Part shown: in pieces, positions 8,840 through 18,720 of the stretch
Layout: each line of letters begins with the position of its first letter
Numbering within the stretch: position 1 is the first letter of the stretch
Assembly: GCF_014280175.1 (NCBI RefSeq)
Contig: NZ_CP047931.1
Span: 690,001 to 722,000 of the forward strand
Length of the DNA: 32,000 bases
Reading direction: 5' to 3'
DNA from: Synechococcus sp. A15-28
GTDB lineage: Bacteria > Cyanobacteriota > Cyanobacteriia > PCC-6307 > Cyanobiaceae
Notes under the pieces: generated by a model
Databases searched by the model: none
What the model was told of the DNA's origin: nothing
The model's input: only the letters and a program-made list of their open reading frames with translations
Made by a program: the position numbers and the translations under genes

Positions 8840-10363
8840 TCAGGGACGACGCCAGAGCAGTCCGTCACGGGCCAGCAGGGCATCAGCGGCGGCAGGTCCC
8901 CAGGTGCGGGATTCGTAGGGGTGGATCGGCAGCTGCCAAGGGCTGTCTTCGATCAGCTCCAGCAGCGGTGTGTACAGACGCCAGGCCGCTTCCACCTCGT
9001 CGCTCCGGGTGAACAGGGTCGGATCACTGAGCATGGCGTCGGCCAGGAGGCGCACATAGCCCTCATCGGAGGGCTCTCCGAAGGACTCGTCGTAGGAGAA
9101 CTCCATGTCGATCGGTCTGCTGCGCATGCCGGAACCGGGCGATTTCACCTCGAAACGGAATTCCGCACCTTCATCGGGCTGGATTCGCAGGATCAGCTGG
9201 TTGGCTGTGGGGCCACCGGTGGCTGCATCGAAGAGATGCACTGGTGCCTCGCGGAAGGTGAGCACCACCTCGCTGAGGCGCTTGGCCAGCCTCTTTCCGG
9301 TTCGCACGTAGAAGGGAACCCCCTGCCAGCGCCAGTTGTCGATGAACAGCTTCATGGCGACGTAGGTCTCCGTGGTGCTGTTCGGATCGACGCCCGGTTC
9401 CTGGCGGTATCCGGCTAACGGCGACTCATGGCTGCCGCCGGGGCCGTACTGGCCGCGGATGCAGCAGTTCCATGGTTCCTGCTCGTCGGCCAGTCGTGCC
9501 GCCTGGAGCACCTTGGCTTTTTCGTTGCGGATCGCTTCGGGGTCAAACCGACCGGGTGGTTCCATGGCGGTGATGGCCAGCATCTGGGTCAGGTGGTTCT
9601 GCACCATGTCCCGCAGGGCTCCTGAGCTTTCGTAGTACCCGGCGCGTTCCTCGACACCGACGGTCTCGGCTGCGGTGATCTGAACACTGGAGATGTAGTT
9701 CCGGTTCCAGATCGGCTCGAAAATCGTGTTGGCAAAGCGCAACACCATGATGTTCTGGACCGTCTCCTTGCCCAGGTAGTGGTCAATCCTGAAGATCTGG
9801 TTCTCCTGTCCGCAGCTCTTCACAACGCGGTTCAGGGCTTGAGCACTGCCGTAGTCCCGGCCGAAGGGCTTCTCGATCACCACACGGCTGCGCTGGGGAT
9901 CCTTCAACAGCCCTGCGTCCGCCAGCGCGCGACAGCCACTGCCGTAAAACTTCGGTGACACCGACAGGTAAAAGGTCCGGTTGCCGCGGGTGGCGCACTG
10001 CTGGTCAATGGTCTCCAGGCGCCCGCCCAGGCGAACCACGTCCTCCGGTTTCTGTAGATCGACGGGCTCGTAGAACAACTTCGACGCGAACTGATCCCAG
10101 GCCTCCTGGTTCTCAGCGATCTTGCTCGCCAGAGCCTCAGCCATCTTTCCCCGGAACTCCTCGTCGCTCCAGGGCCGGCGAGCGCAGCCCAGAAGGGCGA
10201 ATTCGCTGGGGAGTCTGCGCTGCTTGAACAGTTCGAACAGTGCGGGGACCAATTTGCGGTGTGTCAGGTCACCACTGGCGCCGAAAATCACCAGACATTG
10301 GGGTGCAATGACCCGTTCCTGTCGGAGTCCGACCCGCAGGGGGTTGGTGGCGGTGGCGACCAT
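8840..10363 (-). CDS. zwf: Glucose-6-phosphate 1-dehydrogenase
   Basis: FGASGDLTHRKLVPALF, RIDHYLGKETVQNIMVLRFAN, VEERAGYYESSGALRDMVQNHL, VRTGKRL. Confidence 0.97.
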   Translation of the reverse strand: MVATATNPLRVGLRQERVIAPQCLVIFGASGDLTHRKLVPALFELFKQRRLPSEFALLGCARRPWSDEEFRGKMAEALASKIAENQEAWDQFASKLFYEPVDLQKPEDVVRLGGRLETIDQQCATRGNRTFYLSVSPKFYGSGCRALADAGLLKDPQRSRVVIEKPFGRDYGSAQALNRVVKSCGQENQIFRIDHYLGKETVQNIMVLRFANTIFEPIWNRNYISSVQITAAETVGVEERAGYYESSGALRDMVQNHLTQMLAITAMEPPGRFDPEAIRNEKAKVLQAARLADEQEPWNCCIRGQYGPGGSHESPLAGYRQEPGVDPNSTTETYVAMKLFIDNWRWQGVPFYVRTGKRLAKRLSEVVLTFREAPVHLFDAATGGPTANQLILRIQPDEGAEFRFEVKSPGSGMRSRPIDMEFSYDESFGEPSDEGYVRLLADAMLSDPTLFTRSDEVEAAWRLYTPLLELIEDSPWQLPIHPYESRTWGPAAADALLARDGLLWRRP

Positions 10364-10470
10364 CGAGCCTTGGCATCTGACGAAGGTTTAGGCACGGAAC
10401 GGGAAATCAACAGTGCCCCAGATCAACCCACCCTGTTTTTTGGCCCGTTTTGTTGCCAAGCGAAAAAAAA

Positions 10471-10490
10471 GGACCACCGAAAGGTGGTCC
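10471..10490 (-). terminator. Rho-independent terminator downstream of petH
   Basis: Perfect inverted repeat GGACCACC-GAAA-GGTGGTCC. On the minus strand it is followed by T8 (plus-strand A8 at 10463-10470), 31 nt past the petH stop. Confidence 0.88.
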
Positions 10491-10520
10491 TTGATGGAGT
10501 GATGCTTCAGCCGAAGCTGA

Positions 10521-11714
<1,194 letters not shown>

Positions 11715-11828
11715 CTATAGGGGTGCTTCTTTAGGAGGCTTGATTCAGTTGCTATTTGCCACAACGGGCGATGTCGTCTGGACGACTTCCGTAAGATCTG
11801 ATCGGACTAGCTCTGAACACCAGACCCG

Positions 11829-12371
11829 TTGACTCCACTCCAGGCGCTGTTTCCAGGTGGACTTCGTTCCTCCAGTCACCAGAGCGAAACCATCGAACAG
11901 ACGATGGAGCGTCTGCCGGGAGGAGCTCGTCGCCTTGCGGTTCAGCTGAAAAGCTCCATTGCAGCGGACGTGTTCTGGGATGTCCTGACCGATTACACCC
12001 ATCTGGCAGATTTCATCCCCAACCTCAGCTCCAGCGAGCTGGTGATGCGGAAAGGTGAGACGGTTCGTCTGCAGCAGGTTGGCTGCCAGCAGCTGCTGGG
12101 ACTGCGGTTTTCTGCACAGGTGTTGCTTGAACTTCGCGAGTTCAGGCCTGAAGGCTTGCTCCGTTTTGAGATGTTGAAGGGGGATTTCCGACGCTTTGAG
12201 GGGTCGTGGCAAGTGAGAACTCTGGCGGAGGGTTCCTCCCTGCTGTATGAGCTGACGGTGCAGGGTTGTCTGGGGATGCCGATCGGATTGATTGAGGAAC
12301 GACTGCGTGAGGATCTCAGCAGCAATCTTTTCGCTGTGGAGCGGGAAGCACTCCGCCGTTGCGAGTACTGA
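11829..12371 (+). CDS. SRPBCC (START/polyketide cyclase-like) family protein
   Basis: LKSSIAADVFWDVLTDYTHLADFIPNLSSSELV...GLRFSAQVLLELREF...FRRFEGSW...SLLYELTVQ...GLIEERLREDL. Confidence 0.8.
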   Translation: MTPLQALFPGGLRSSSHQSETIEQTMERLPGGARRLAVQLKSSIAADVFWDVLTDYTHLADFIPNLSSSELVMRKGETVRLQQVGCQQLLGLRFSAQVLLELREFRPEGLLRFEMLKGDFRRFEGSWQVRTLAEGSSLLYELTVQGCLGMPIGLIEERLREDLSSNLFAVEREALRRCEY

Positions 12372-12424
12372 ATCTTCGTAATCAATGTTGGTGAACAACA
12401 CCAACTGTTCTTTATTCCTTCAAT

Positions 12425-12496
12425 ACCCCCAAGGGGATTCGAACCCCTGTCGCCTCCGTGAAAGGGAGGTGTCCTAGGCCTCTAGACGATGGGGGC
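12425..12496 (-). tRNA. tRNA-Glu (anticodon UUC)
   Basis: Minus strand GCCCCCATCGTCTAGAGGCCTAGGACACCTCCCTTTCACGGAGGCGACAGGGGTTCGAATCCCCTTGGGGGT. Acceptor, D, anticodon (CCTCC CTTTCAC GGAGG) and T arms all fold. Confidence 0.96.
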
Positions 12497-12543
12497 GAGG
12501 CCGTGATCGAGGAGGCATCTGTGCTCCTCATCACCAAGACAAA

Positions 12544-13695
12544 CTACGGCTCGAGCTCTCCCTCCGTCAAGACAGCCTGCCCCCATTCCTGCCCCTGGCC
12601 TTGCCAGATCGGCACAGTGAAGGTGAAGCAGGCACCCTCTCCTGGCTCGGAGACGACCCAGATCCGTCCCCCATGCACTTCCACGATGCGGCGACAGACG
12701 GATAAGCCCACGCCGAACCCTGTGGTGCGATCGGAGGTCTGAGGCAGGCGAACCCGATCCAGAAAGATCCGCTGCTGCTCTTCGGTGGGGATGCCAGGTC
12801 CGCTGTCACAGACACTCACCTCAACCCTCTGACTGGTGCGGTGGAGCATGGTGAGGGTGATGTGCCCTCCATTGCCGGTGTACTTGAGAGCGTTCTCCAA
12901 CAGATTCAGCAACACCTGTCGCATGCGGCGCTGATCAGCGAAGACCTTGGGGAGATCGCCAGGGATATCGGTTCTGATCTCGACGTTCCGGCCCAGCCAG
13001 AGTTTTTCCAGTTCGAGGATCACCTCCGCCGACACGCTGGCCAAATCCAGGCGTTGGGGATTGAACAGCGTTTCCCAACGCGTGGTGCCCACTTCAAGCA
13101 GATCCTTGGACAAGGCTTCCATCTCCTCAAGCCGCCGCGTGATCACGTCCTGGAAGCGGTTCATATCGATCTGTCCCAGCCTCTGGCTCTGAAGGGCCAG
13201 GGCTGCTGCCGTGAGCGGAGTCCTTAATTCGTGGGCCACCATCCTCAGCAGCCGCTCCTGGGCGTGGATCCTGTCGATCAGGGTCTCGTTCTCCTGGCGC
13301 AGCACCAGGAGCTGATCTTCGAGTTGAAGTTCCTTCTGGGTGCGGCTGCCGTCCAGCTCAGTGGGCCTCAGGCTGAGCCCCAATCCGCTCACCACGCCGT
13401 CCTGTTGCCAGCGGGGCACCCATCCCTTGAGTTGCTGAAGAATGTTGCTGCCGGCGAAGACCTGCTTTGGTGAAGGGGACAGCTTGATCAGGGCCGGTGT
13501 GATCACAAGCCTGTGGAGCTCCAGCAGTTCCGGCTGCTGCGATGGATCCGCCACTTGCAGGGTCACCTGGAATCCGACGTCATCACGCTCCAGGTAGTGA
13601 ACGACGGATCTCAGGTCTGGGCCGGAGAGGTGATGGCGTGCTGCCACCAGCAGGAGTTTCAGCCGCTGGCGACCCTTGGGATCGTCCTCCCCCAC
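12544..13695 (-). CDS. sasA: Clock output sensor histidine kinase SasA (KaiB-like N-terminal domain)
   Basis: N-terminal KaiB/thioredoxin-like segment [14 protein letters not shown]...[21 protein letters not shown]-box [18 protein letters not shown], then [39 protein letters not shown]. Stop codon is TAG. Confidence 0.95.
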   Translation of the reverse strand: MGEDDPKGRQRLKLLLVAARHHLSGPDLRSVVHYLERDDVGFQVTLQVADPSQQPELLELHRLVITPALIKLSPSPKQVFAGSNILQQLKGWVPRWQQDGVVSGLGLSLRPTELDGSRTQKELQLEDQLLVLRQENETLIDRIHAQERLLRMVAHELRTPLTAAALALQSQRLGQIDMNRFQDVITRRLEEMEALSKDLLEVGTTRWETLFNPQRLDLASVSAEVILELEKLWLGRNVEIRTDIPGDLPKVFADQRRMRQVLLNLLENALKYTGNGGHITLTMLHRTSQRVEVSVCDSGPGIPTEEQQRIFLDRVRLPQTSDRTTGFGVGLSVCRRIVEVHGGRIWVVSEPGEGACFTFTVPIWQGQGQEWGQAVLTEGELEP

Positions 13696-13801
13696 GGCTC
13701 AGGATTCATACAAAACTGAGGCTCACCTTATGGGTTTTTGACTCGTGCGCCATCCGGGCTAAGACAACTAGGAGCACACCGACGCCTCGCCGACACGGTT
13801 C

Positions 13802-14389
13802 ATGTCGCTTTTTTCCGCGCAAAATCGTGTCCCGCTCGCGGTTCCCGGGTCCAACTCAGGCTCACCCTCCATCCAGGTGGATAGCAACCTGCGCCGGTGG
13901 TTTGGTCGCAACCTCGGTATCTGGCGCTCCCGCAGGCAGTACACCTTCAACGATGACCAGGTGATGCACGTTGATATGCATTTGAAAATGGAAGCCTTCG
14001 CAGAGCCATCAGCTGGTGAAAGCCGCTATCGCTTCAGCTGGTGGTCTGATGAAAGCAACCAGCATTCAGATGAGTTTTTCGCACGCAAGCCTTGGTATGA
14101 GCGCAGCGGTGTGATGGAAGCCACACTCTGGGGGCATCAACTGCAGCGCAGTCGCGGTTATCTGAACACCGATCCCGTGCGCACTCGTCTGCGTCAGGTG
14201 GATGAACACGAAACGATTCTTGAGTCCCACTATCAGCAGTGGGACATCCTTGAGCACATCCGTCTTGTGGACCAGGACCGCTACCGCTACCGCGCGATCT
14301 ACAGCTGGGAGAACGGGGAGCTGGCGATCGTTGAGCACCATCACGAAATCAGGGTGTCTGATCCACTTCCCCTGATCAAGGAGGATTGA
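13802..14389 (+). CDS. Hypothetical protein, possibly CpcS/CpeS-like calycin-fold (phycobiliprotein lyase-like)
   Basis: Start of the fold-like region FGRNLGIWRSRRQYTFNDDQVMHVDMHLKMEAF and beta-rich segments ending ERIR-type strands. The family assignment is weak and made by eye. Confidence 0.45.
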   Translation: MSLFSAQNRVPLAVPGSNSGSPSIQVDSNLRRWFGRNLGIWRSRRQYTFNDDQVMHVDMHLKMEAFAEPSAGESRYRFSWWSDESNQHSDEFFARKPWYERSGVMEATLWGHQLQRSRGYLNTDPVRTRLRQVDEHETILESHYQQWDILEHIRLVDQDRYRYRAIYSWENGELAIVEHHHEIRVSDPLPLIKED

Positions 14390-14545
14390 GTCAGGCCAGT
14401 CAGCCCTGGCCCAGTCCTCCTCATGTCCAATCACCTCTTGGATTTGCAGGAAAACCGCAACAGGATGTCCCAGTTCAAAAAGCGATCACTGCAGCGCGCT
14501 GGAACAGTAGCCTCGTCGCTAAAATGAAGCACATTCTCTAATTTC

Positions 14546-14956
14546 ATGAGGAAATATTTTTTCTCGGTCGCGTTATTAGCTAATTCATTGTTATTCGGTT
14601 CAGCTCCGGTTTTGGCGCAATCAGCAGCCGGTGGTACGAAGCCTGCCACTGCTAATGATATCAATACATACATGACGATTTCGATTGTCACCTTCTGCGA
14701 GGCCAGGGGGCAAGGGATCAGTTTCGACAAATCGATTCCAGTGGCGCTTGCTGGTCAGGCTTCTGCTGTTTTTCAGAAGCATGGTGGTGTCGTCCCTGGC
14801 TCCAGTCAGCCCCTTACGGAAGAGCAGTTCTTCAAAACGTCACCCTTCATGCTGGTGGGGGGCGCTATGAAGGTCTGCAAGGATCAAGTTCCTGCCGATC
14901 AGCAGAAAAAGTTTGAGAAGGCAGCTGCAGAGCTGAAAGCTCGTTCAAAGAAGTAA
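14546..14956 (+). CDS. Hypothetical secreted/periplasmic protein
   Basis: Signal peptide MRKYFFSVALLANSLLFGSAPVLAQ and two Cys residues (FCEARG, VCKDQV) that could pair. Confidence 0.65.
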   Translation: MRKYFFSVALLANSLLFGSAPVLAQSAAGGTKPATANDINTYMTISIVTFCEARGQGISFDKSIPVALAGQASAVFQKHGGVVPGSSQPLTEEQFFKTSPFMLVGGAMKVCKDQVPADQQKKFEKAAAELKARSKK

Positions 14957-15092
14957 ATTCTGATCATCCGGTATCGATACGATCATTGGTCAATGATATG
15001 CATCTGAAAATGCCTTTTCAAGGCTGTAATTTCTATTGATACTATTCCACTCGTTCGCTAGCTAGATTCTTCTGCAACTGTCTTAGAAAAAT

Positions 15093-17696
15093 ATGGTTTC
15101 AGCAATTCCCGTCCGCCTGTCGGATTACAGGCCATGGCTCTTTGTCATGCCAAAAATTCGGTTGGATGTGGAAATCAGCCCAAGCGATGTGTTCGTAACC
15201 AGTCGGCTGGAGCTTGAGCCGCGTCTTGGTGCTGAGAGCCTCCAGCTCCGCGGGGTAGATCTTGAAATCCGCAGCCTCAAGCTTGATGGTGAGGATCTCG
15301 CCAGTGATGCCTACAGCTACGTCGATCAGCTGCTGACGATCCCTGCTCCACCGGACAAGCTCTTTGTTCTGGAGACCTGTTGCCGCATTGATCCCTACTC
15401 CAACAGCTCTCTTGAGGGTCTGTATGCCAGTGGTGGCCTGCTGAGCACTCAATGTGAGGCGGAGGGATTCCGGCGGATCACGTTTCATCCGGATCGCCCT
15501 GATGTGCTCAGTCGCTGGACGGTACGCGTCGAAGCGGATCGGAGCAGCTGTCCTGTGCTGCTCAGCAATGGCAATGCCGTGTCCAAAGAGGATCTGGCAG
15601 ATGGACGCCATGCCGTTACCTGGGAGGATCCTTTCCCCAAGCCCTCCTATCTATTCGCTCTCGTCGCAGGAGATCTTCGCGAGATCCGCGATCAGTTCAC
15701 GACGGCATCCGGACGCGCGGTAACACTGCGCCTGCACGTGGAGGAGGGGGATGAGCCCTTCACCGCCCATGCCATCGAGTCCCTGAAGCGTTCCATGGCA
15801 TGGGATGAGCAGGTGTATCAGCTTGAGTACGACCTCGATGAGTACAACATCGTTGCGGTGCGCCACTTCAATATGGGCGCGATGGAGAACAAAAGTCTCA
15901 ACATCTTTAATTCAAAGCTGGTGCTGGCTGATGCCGAAACGGCCACGGATGCTGAGCTGGAGCGGATCGAAAGTGTGATTGCCCATGAATACTTCCACAA
16001 CTGGAGCGGCAACCGGATCACCTGCCGTGACTGGTTTCAACTCTCTCTGAAGGAAGGTCTCACCGTCTTCCGTGATCAAAGCTTCACGGCCGACCTTCAT
16101 TCCGCAGCGGTCAAGCGGATTGAGGATGTGGCGATGCTGCGCAACACCCAGTTCCGGGAAGATGCAGGGCCGACGGCGCATCCGGTAAAACCAGCTGAAT
16201 ATCAGGCGATTGACAACTTCTACACAACGACCATCTACGAGAAAGGCGCGGAACTGATTCGCATGCTGCACACCCTGCTGGGGCAGGAGCGGTTCATGCG
16301 AGGAATGGCGATCTATGTCAGTCGTTTTGACGGAACGGCCGCCACCACAGAAGATTTCGTGCAATCCATCGTCGATGGCGCCGCTCAAAACGGTGAACCG
16401 CTTGGATTTGACCCGGAGCAGTTCAAGCGTTGGTATCACCAGGCTGGGACTCCCGAGCTGAAGGTTCAGCGACGGTGGGACACCGAAAAGGGACAGTTAA
16501 CACTCGAGCTTCAACAGAGCACGCCGCCAACCCCCGGCCAGGCTGAGAAGCAGCCGCTTGTGCTGCCGATCGCCGTGGCGCTGGTGGGTGAGCAGGGTCG
16601 CATTGGCGATGAACAACTCTTGGTGATGAACGCTGAGAAGGCCAGCTTCACGCTTCAAGCTGAGCCCGGACCTGAGGCACCGGCTCTTTCGCTTCTACGC
16701 CGCTTCTCGGCACCGGTGAACGTGCAGCTGGAACAGCCGTTGCAGGAATCGCTGCAGCTGCTCGCCCACGATGATGACCCCTTCAGTCGATGGGATGCCG
16801 GGCAGCGGCTGGCACGACAGGTGTTGCTAGCCCGCGCCGCCGATCAACCTGATGCGACGGTCGAAACGGCTTTGATTTCGGCCTTGCGCCAACGCCTGTC
16901 CGCCTACGGAGGGTCGGGTGGCCAGGACCTCGCCATTCTTCTGGCCCTGCCAGGCACCGCCGAACTGGAGGCCCTGCAGAACCCGGTGGATCCTCTGGCC
17001 CTCTACGCGGCGAGACTGGAGTGGATCGCGGACCTGGGGCGCCATCTTTCCGATCCGTTGCACCGACTTCTTGAAAGATGTCGCGGGGATTGGGGGCAGG
17101 CCTGGCCCGAGGGACAGGGCGCGCGCTCGCTCACGGGGCTCGCCTGGGCTTGGCTGGCCGCCGCGGGTGACGCTGAAGCCCGACAACAAGCGCTCGAGGC
17201 GGTGTCAGGACCGTCGATGACGCTGGCACGGGCCGCTTTGCGGGCATTACAGCCCCTGGAGGTTGGCGAACGGGATCAGGCGCTGGAGCGTTTCTATCAA
17301 CGCTGGCAGGACAAGCCGGTGATTCTCGATGCCTGGTTTTCCCTTGAAGCGTCCGCTCCGCGACAGGACGGCCTGCAGCGGGTCAAGGACCTGCTGGAGC
17401 ATCCCCGTTTCGATCCACTGGCACCCAACTCTCTTCGGGCAGTGCTGGGGGGATTCACCGCCAACGTTCCGGTGTTTCATGCGATCGATGGCAGTGGCTA
17501 TCGCTTCATGGCCGATCAGATCGCTGCCGTGGATGCCCGCAACCCCATCACAGCCTCGCGGATGGCCAAAGTGTTCAGCCGCTGGAGCAGTTACGGTCCG
17601 GAGCGTCAGTCGGCCATGCGCCAGGCCATCGACGGCCTGGCGGCGGCTGACTTGTCAGCGAATACAGCTGAGGTGGTGGCCATGCTCAGGACGTGA
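15093..17696 (+). CDS. pepN: Aminopeptidase N (M1 family)
   Basis: GAMENKSLNIFN, VIAHEYFHNWSGNRITCRDWFQLSLKEGLTVFRDQ and the C-terminal DUF3458-type domain. Confidence 0.97.
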   Translation: MVSAIPVRLSDYRPWLFVMPKIRLDVEISPSDVFVTSRLELEPRLGAESLQLRGVDLEIRSLKLDGEDLASDAYSYVDQLLTIPAPPDKLFVLETCCRIDPYSNSSLEGLYASGGLLSTQCEAEGFRRITFHPDRPDVLSRWTVRVEADRSSCPVLLSNGNAVSKEDLADGRHAVTWEDPFPKPSYLFALVAGDLREIRDQFTTASGRAVTLRLHVEEGDEPFTAHAIESLKRSMAWDEQVYQLEYDLDEYNIVAVRHFNMGAMENKSLNIFNSKLVLADAETATDAELERIESVIAHEYFHNWSGNRITCRDWFQLSLKEGLTVFRDQSFTADLHSAAVKRIEDVAMLRNTQFREDAGPTAHPVKPAEYQAIDNFYTTTIYEKGAELIRMLHTLLGQERFMRGMAIYVSRFDGTAATTEDFVQSIVDGAAQNGEPLGFDPEQFKRWYHQAGTPELKVQRRWDTEKGQLTLELQQSTPPTPGQAEKQPLVLPIAVALVGEQGRIGDEQLLVMNAEKASFTLQAEPGPEAPALSLLRRFSAPVNVQLEQPLQESLQLLAHDDDPFSRWDAGQRLARQVLLARAADQPDATVETALISALRQRLSAYGGSGGQDLAILLALPGTAELEALQNPVDPLALYAARLEWIADLGRHLSDPLHRLLERCRGDWGQAWPEGQGARSLTGLAWAWLAAAGDAEARQQALEAVSGPSMTLARAALRALQPLEVGERDQALERFYQRWQDKPVILDAWFSLEASAPRQDGLQRVKDLLEHPRFDPLAPNSLRAVLGGFTANVPVFHAIDGSGYRFMADQIAAVDARNPITASRMAKVFSRWSSYGPERQSAMRQAIDGLAAADLSANTAEVVAMLRT

Positions 17697-17913
17697 GCAC
17701 CACCACGGCGACGGCAACACCGACCAGCAGAAGAATCCAGATCAGCGGCTGGCGAGCAAGTTGAGGAGTTTGGATGCTCCGACGCTGGCGTCGTCGACTC
17801 CGACTCGGTCGGCTTCCTGCGGCTAGGCCGCAGGATTGACAGATCAGACGACCGGCCAGAGCACGGTCCGCCCTGAAACGGCGGCTCCCACAGTTCTGGC
17901 AGACACTGGTCAC
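17686..17913 (-). CDS. Small zinc-ribbon membrane protein
   Basis: VTSVCQNCGSRRFRADRALAGRLICQSCGLAAG (CxxC...CxxC) followed by the C-terminal TM segment WILLLVGVAVAVVVLTS. GTG start proposed; the track ORF extends to 17982. Confidence 0.6.
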   Translation of the reverse strand: MTSVCQNCGSRRFRADRALAGRLICQSCGLAAGSRPSRSRRRQRRSIQTPQLARQPLIWILLLVGVAVAVVVLTS

Positions 17914-17940
17914 CTCGCAACCACGGCACACTTCACCAGC

Positions 17941-18696
17941 ATGACGCGCCACAGCACACAGGCTCAAGACGGGGCTCTCCAACCGTTGCTGGAGCGTCTG
18001 CCCCCAGCGCGTTCAGGGTGGCGACAGCTCGTCATCGTGATGGGACAGCTGGGCGATTTCGATTCGATGGAATACGCCCAAGCGTTGGTGCCCCGCTTGG
18101 CTGAACTTGAAGCGGCGCGCATCGATCTCCTGGCATTCGCCATCGGAGATCAAGGAAGTGCTGAGCGCTTCTGTGGGTTCACCGGATTTCCGCAGCAATG
18201 CCTTGAGGTTGATCCCCATCCGGGCCTGCATAAAGATCTTGGGCTGTACCCAGGGCTGAAGGCTCCCGGCGGCCCCTGGCCAGGATTTTTGCTGATGTGT
18301 GCTGGCATCGGCTCCCCGGGGACGTTGCAGGAGGTGTTGCGCGGTTACACCGGTGATCGCTCGGCTCCGCAGATCTTTGCCGATGACGAGGAGGTGAAGG
18401 CCTGGCCTTTGCCGGCTTTTTCTGCAGCCATGTTTGCTCGAGCCGGTGGACGGGGATTCCAACGGCCCTTCGAACTCGCGACGAAGAGGCTGCGAAACAT
18501 GGGCGAAGTGCTTGGCCATTGGCGCACCTATGTGCCCACCGATGATCACATCTCCCAGCGGGGAGGGACGTTTCTGATCGATGAAGACGGCTTTCTGCTC
18601 TATGAGTGGCGGGACACACACCTGCTGGGTTTTGCTGCCGACATGGCAATGCCGTTGGCCTTCCTTGAGCCATACCTCAGTATTGATCCCGGTTAA
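17941..18696 (+). CDS. Peroxiredoxin-like/AhpC-TSA family protein
   Basis: LVIVMGQLGDFDSMEYAQALVPRLAELEAARIDLLAFAIG, FEVDPHPGLH-like segment, and TFLIDEDGFLLYEWRD. Confidence 0.7.
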   Translation: MTRHSTQAQDGALQPLLERLPPARSGWRQLVIVMGQLGDFDSMEYAQALVPRLAELEAARIDLLAFAIGDQGSAERFCGFTGFPQQCLEVDPHPGLHKDLGLYPGLKAPGGPWPGFLLMCAGIGSPGTLQEVLRGYTGDRSAPQIFADDEEVKAWPLPAFSAAMFARAGGRGFQRPFELATKRLRNMGEVLGHWRTYVPTDDHISQRGGTFLIDEDGFLLYEWRDTHLLGFAADMAMPLAFLEPYLSIDPG

Positions 18697-18720
18697 ATTC
18701 AGCTTCTCGGCACTCCAACA

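Noticed and set aside
8819-9418. 199-aa plus-strand ORF opposite zwf
   Set aside because: Antisense to strongly supported zwf coding sequence, no domain signal.
11745-12404. 219-aa minus-strand ORF opposite the SRPBCC gene
   Set aside because: The plus-strand frame has a coherent SRPBCC-like sequence; the minus-strand frame does not.
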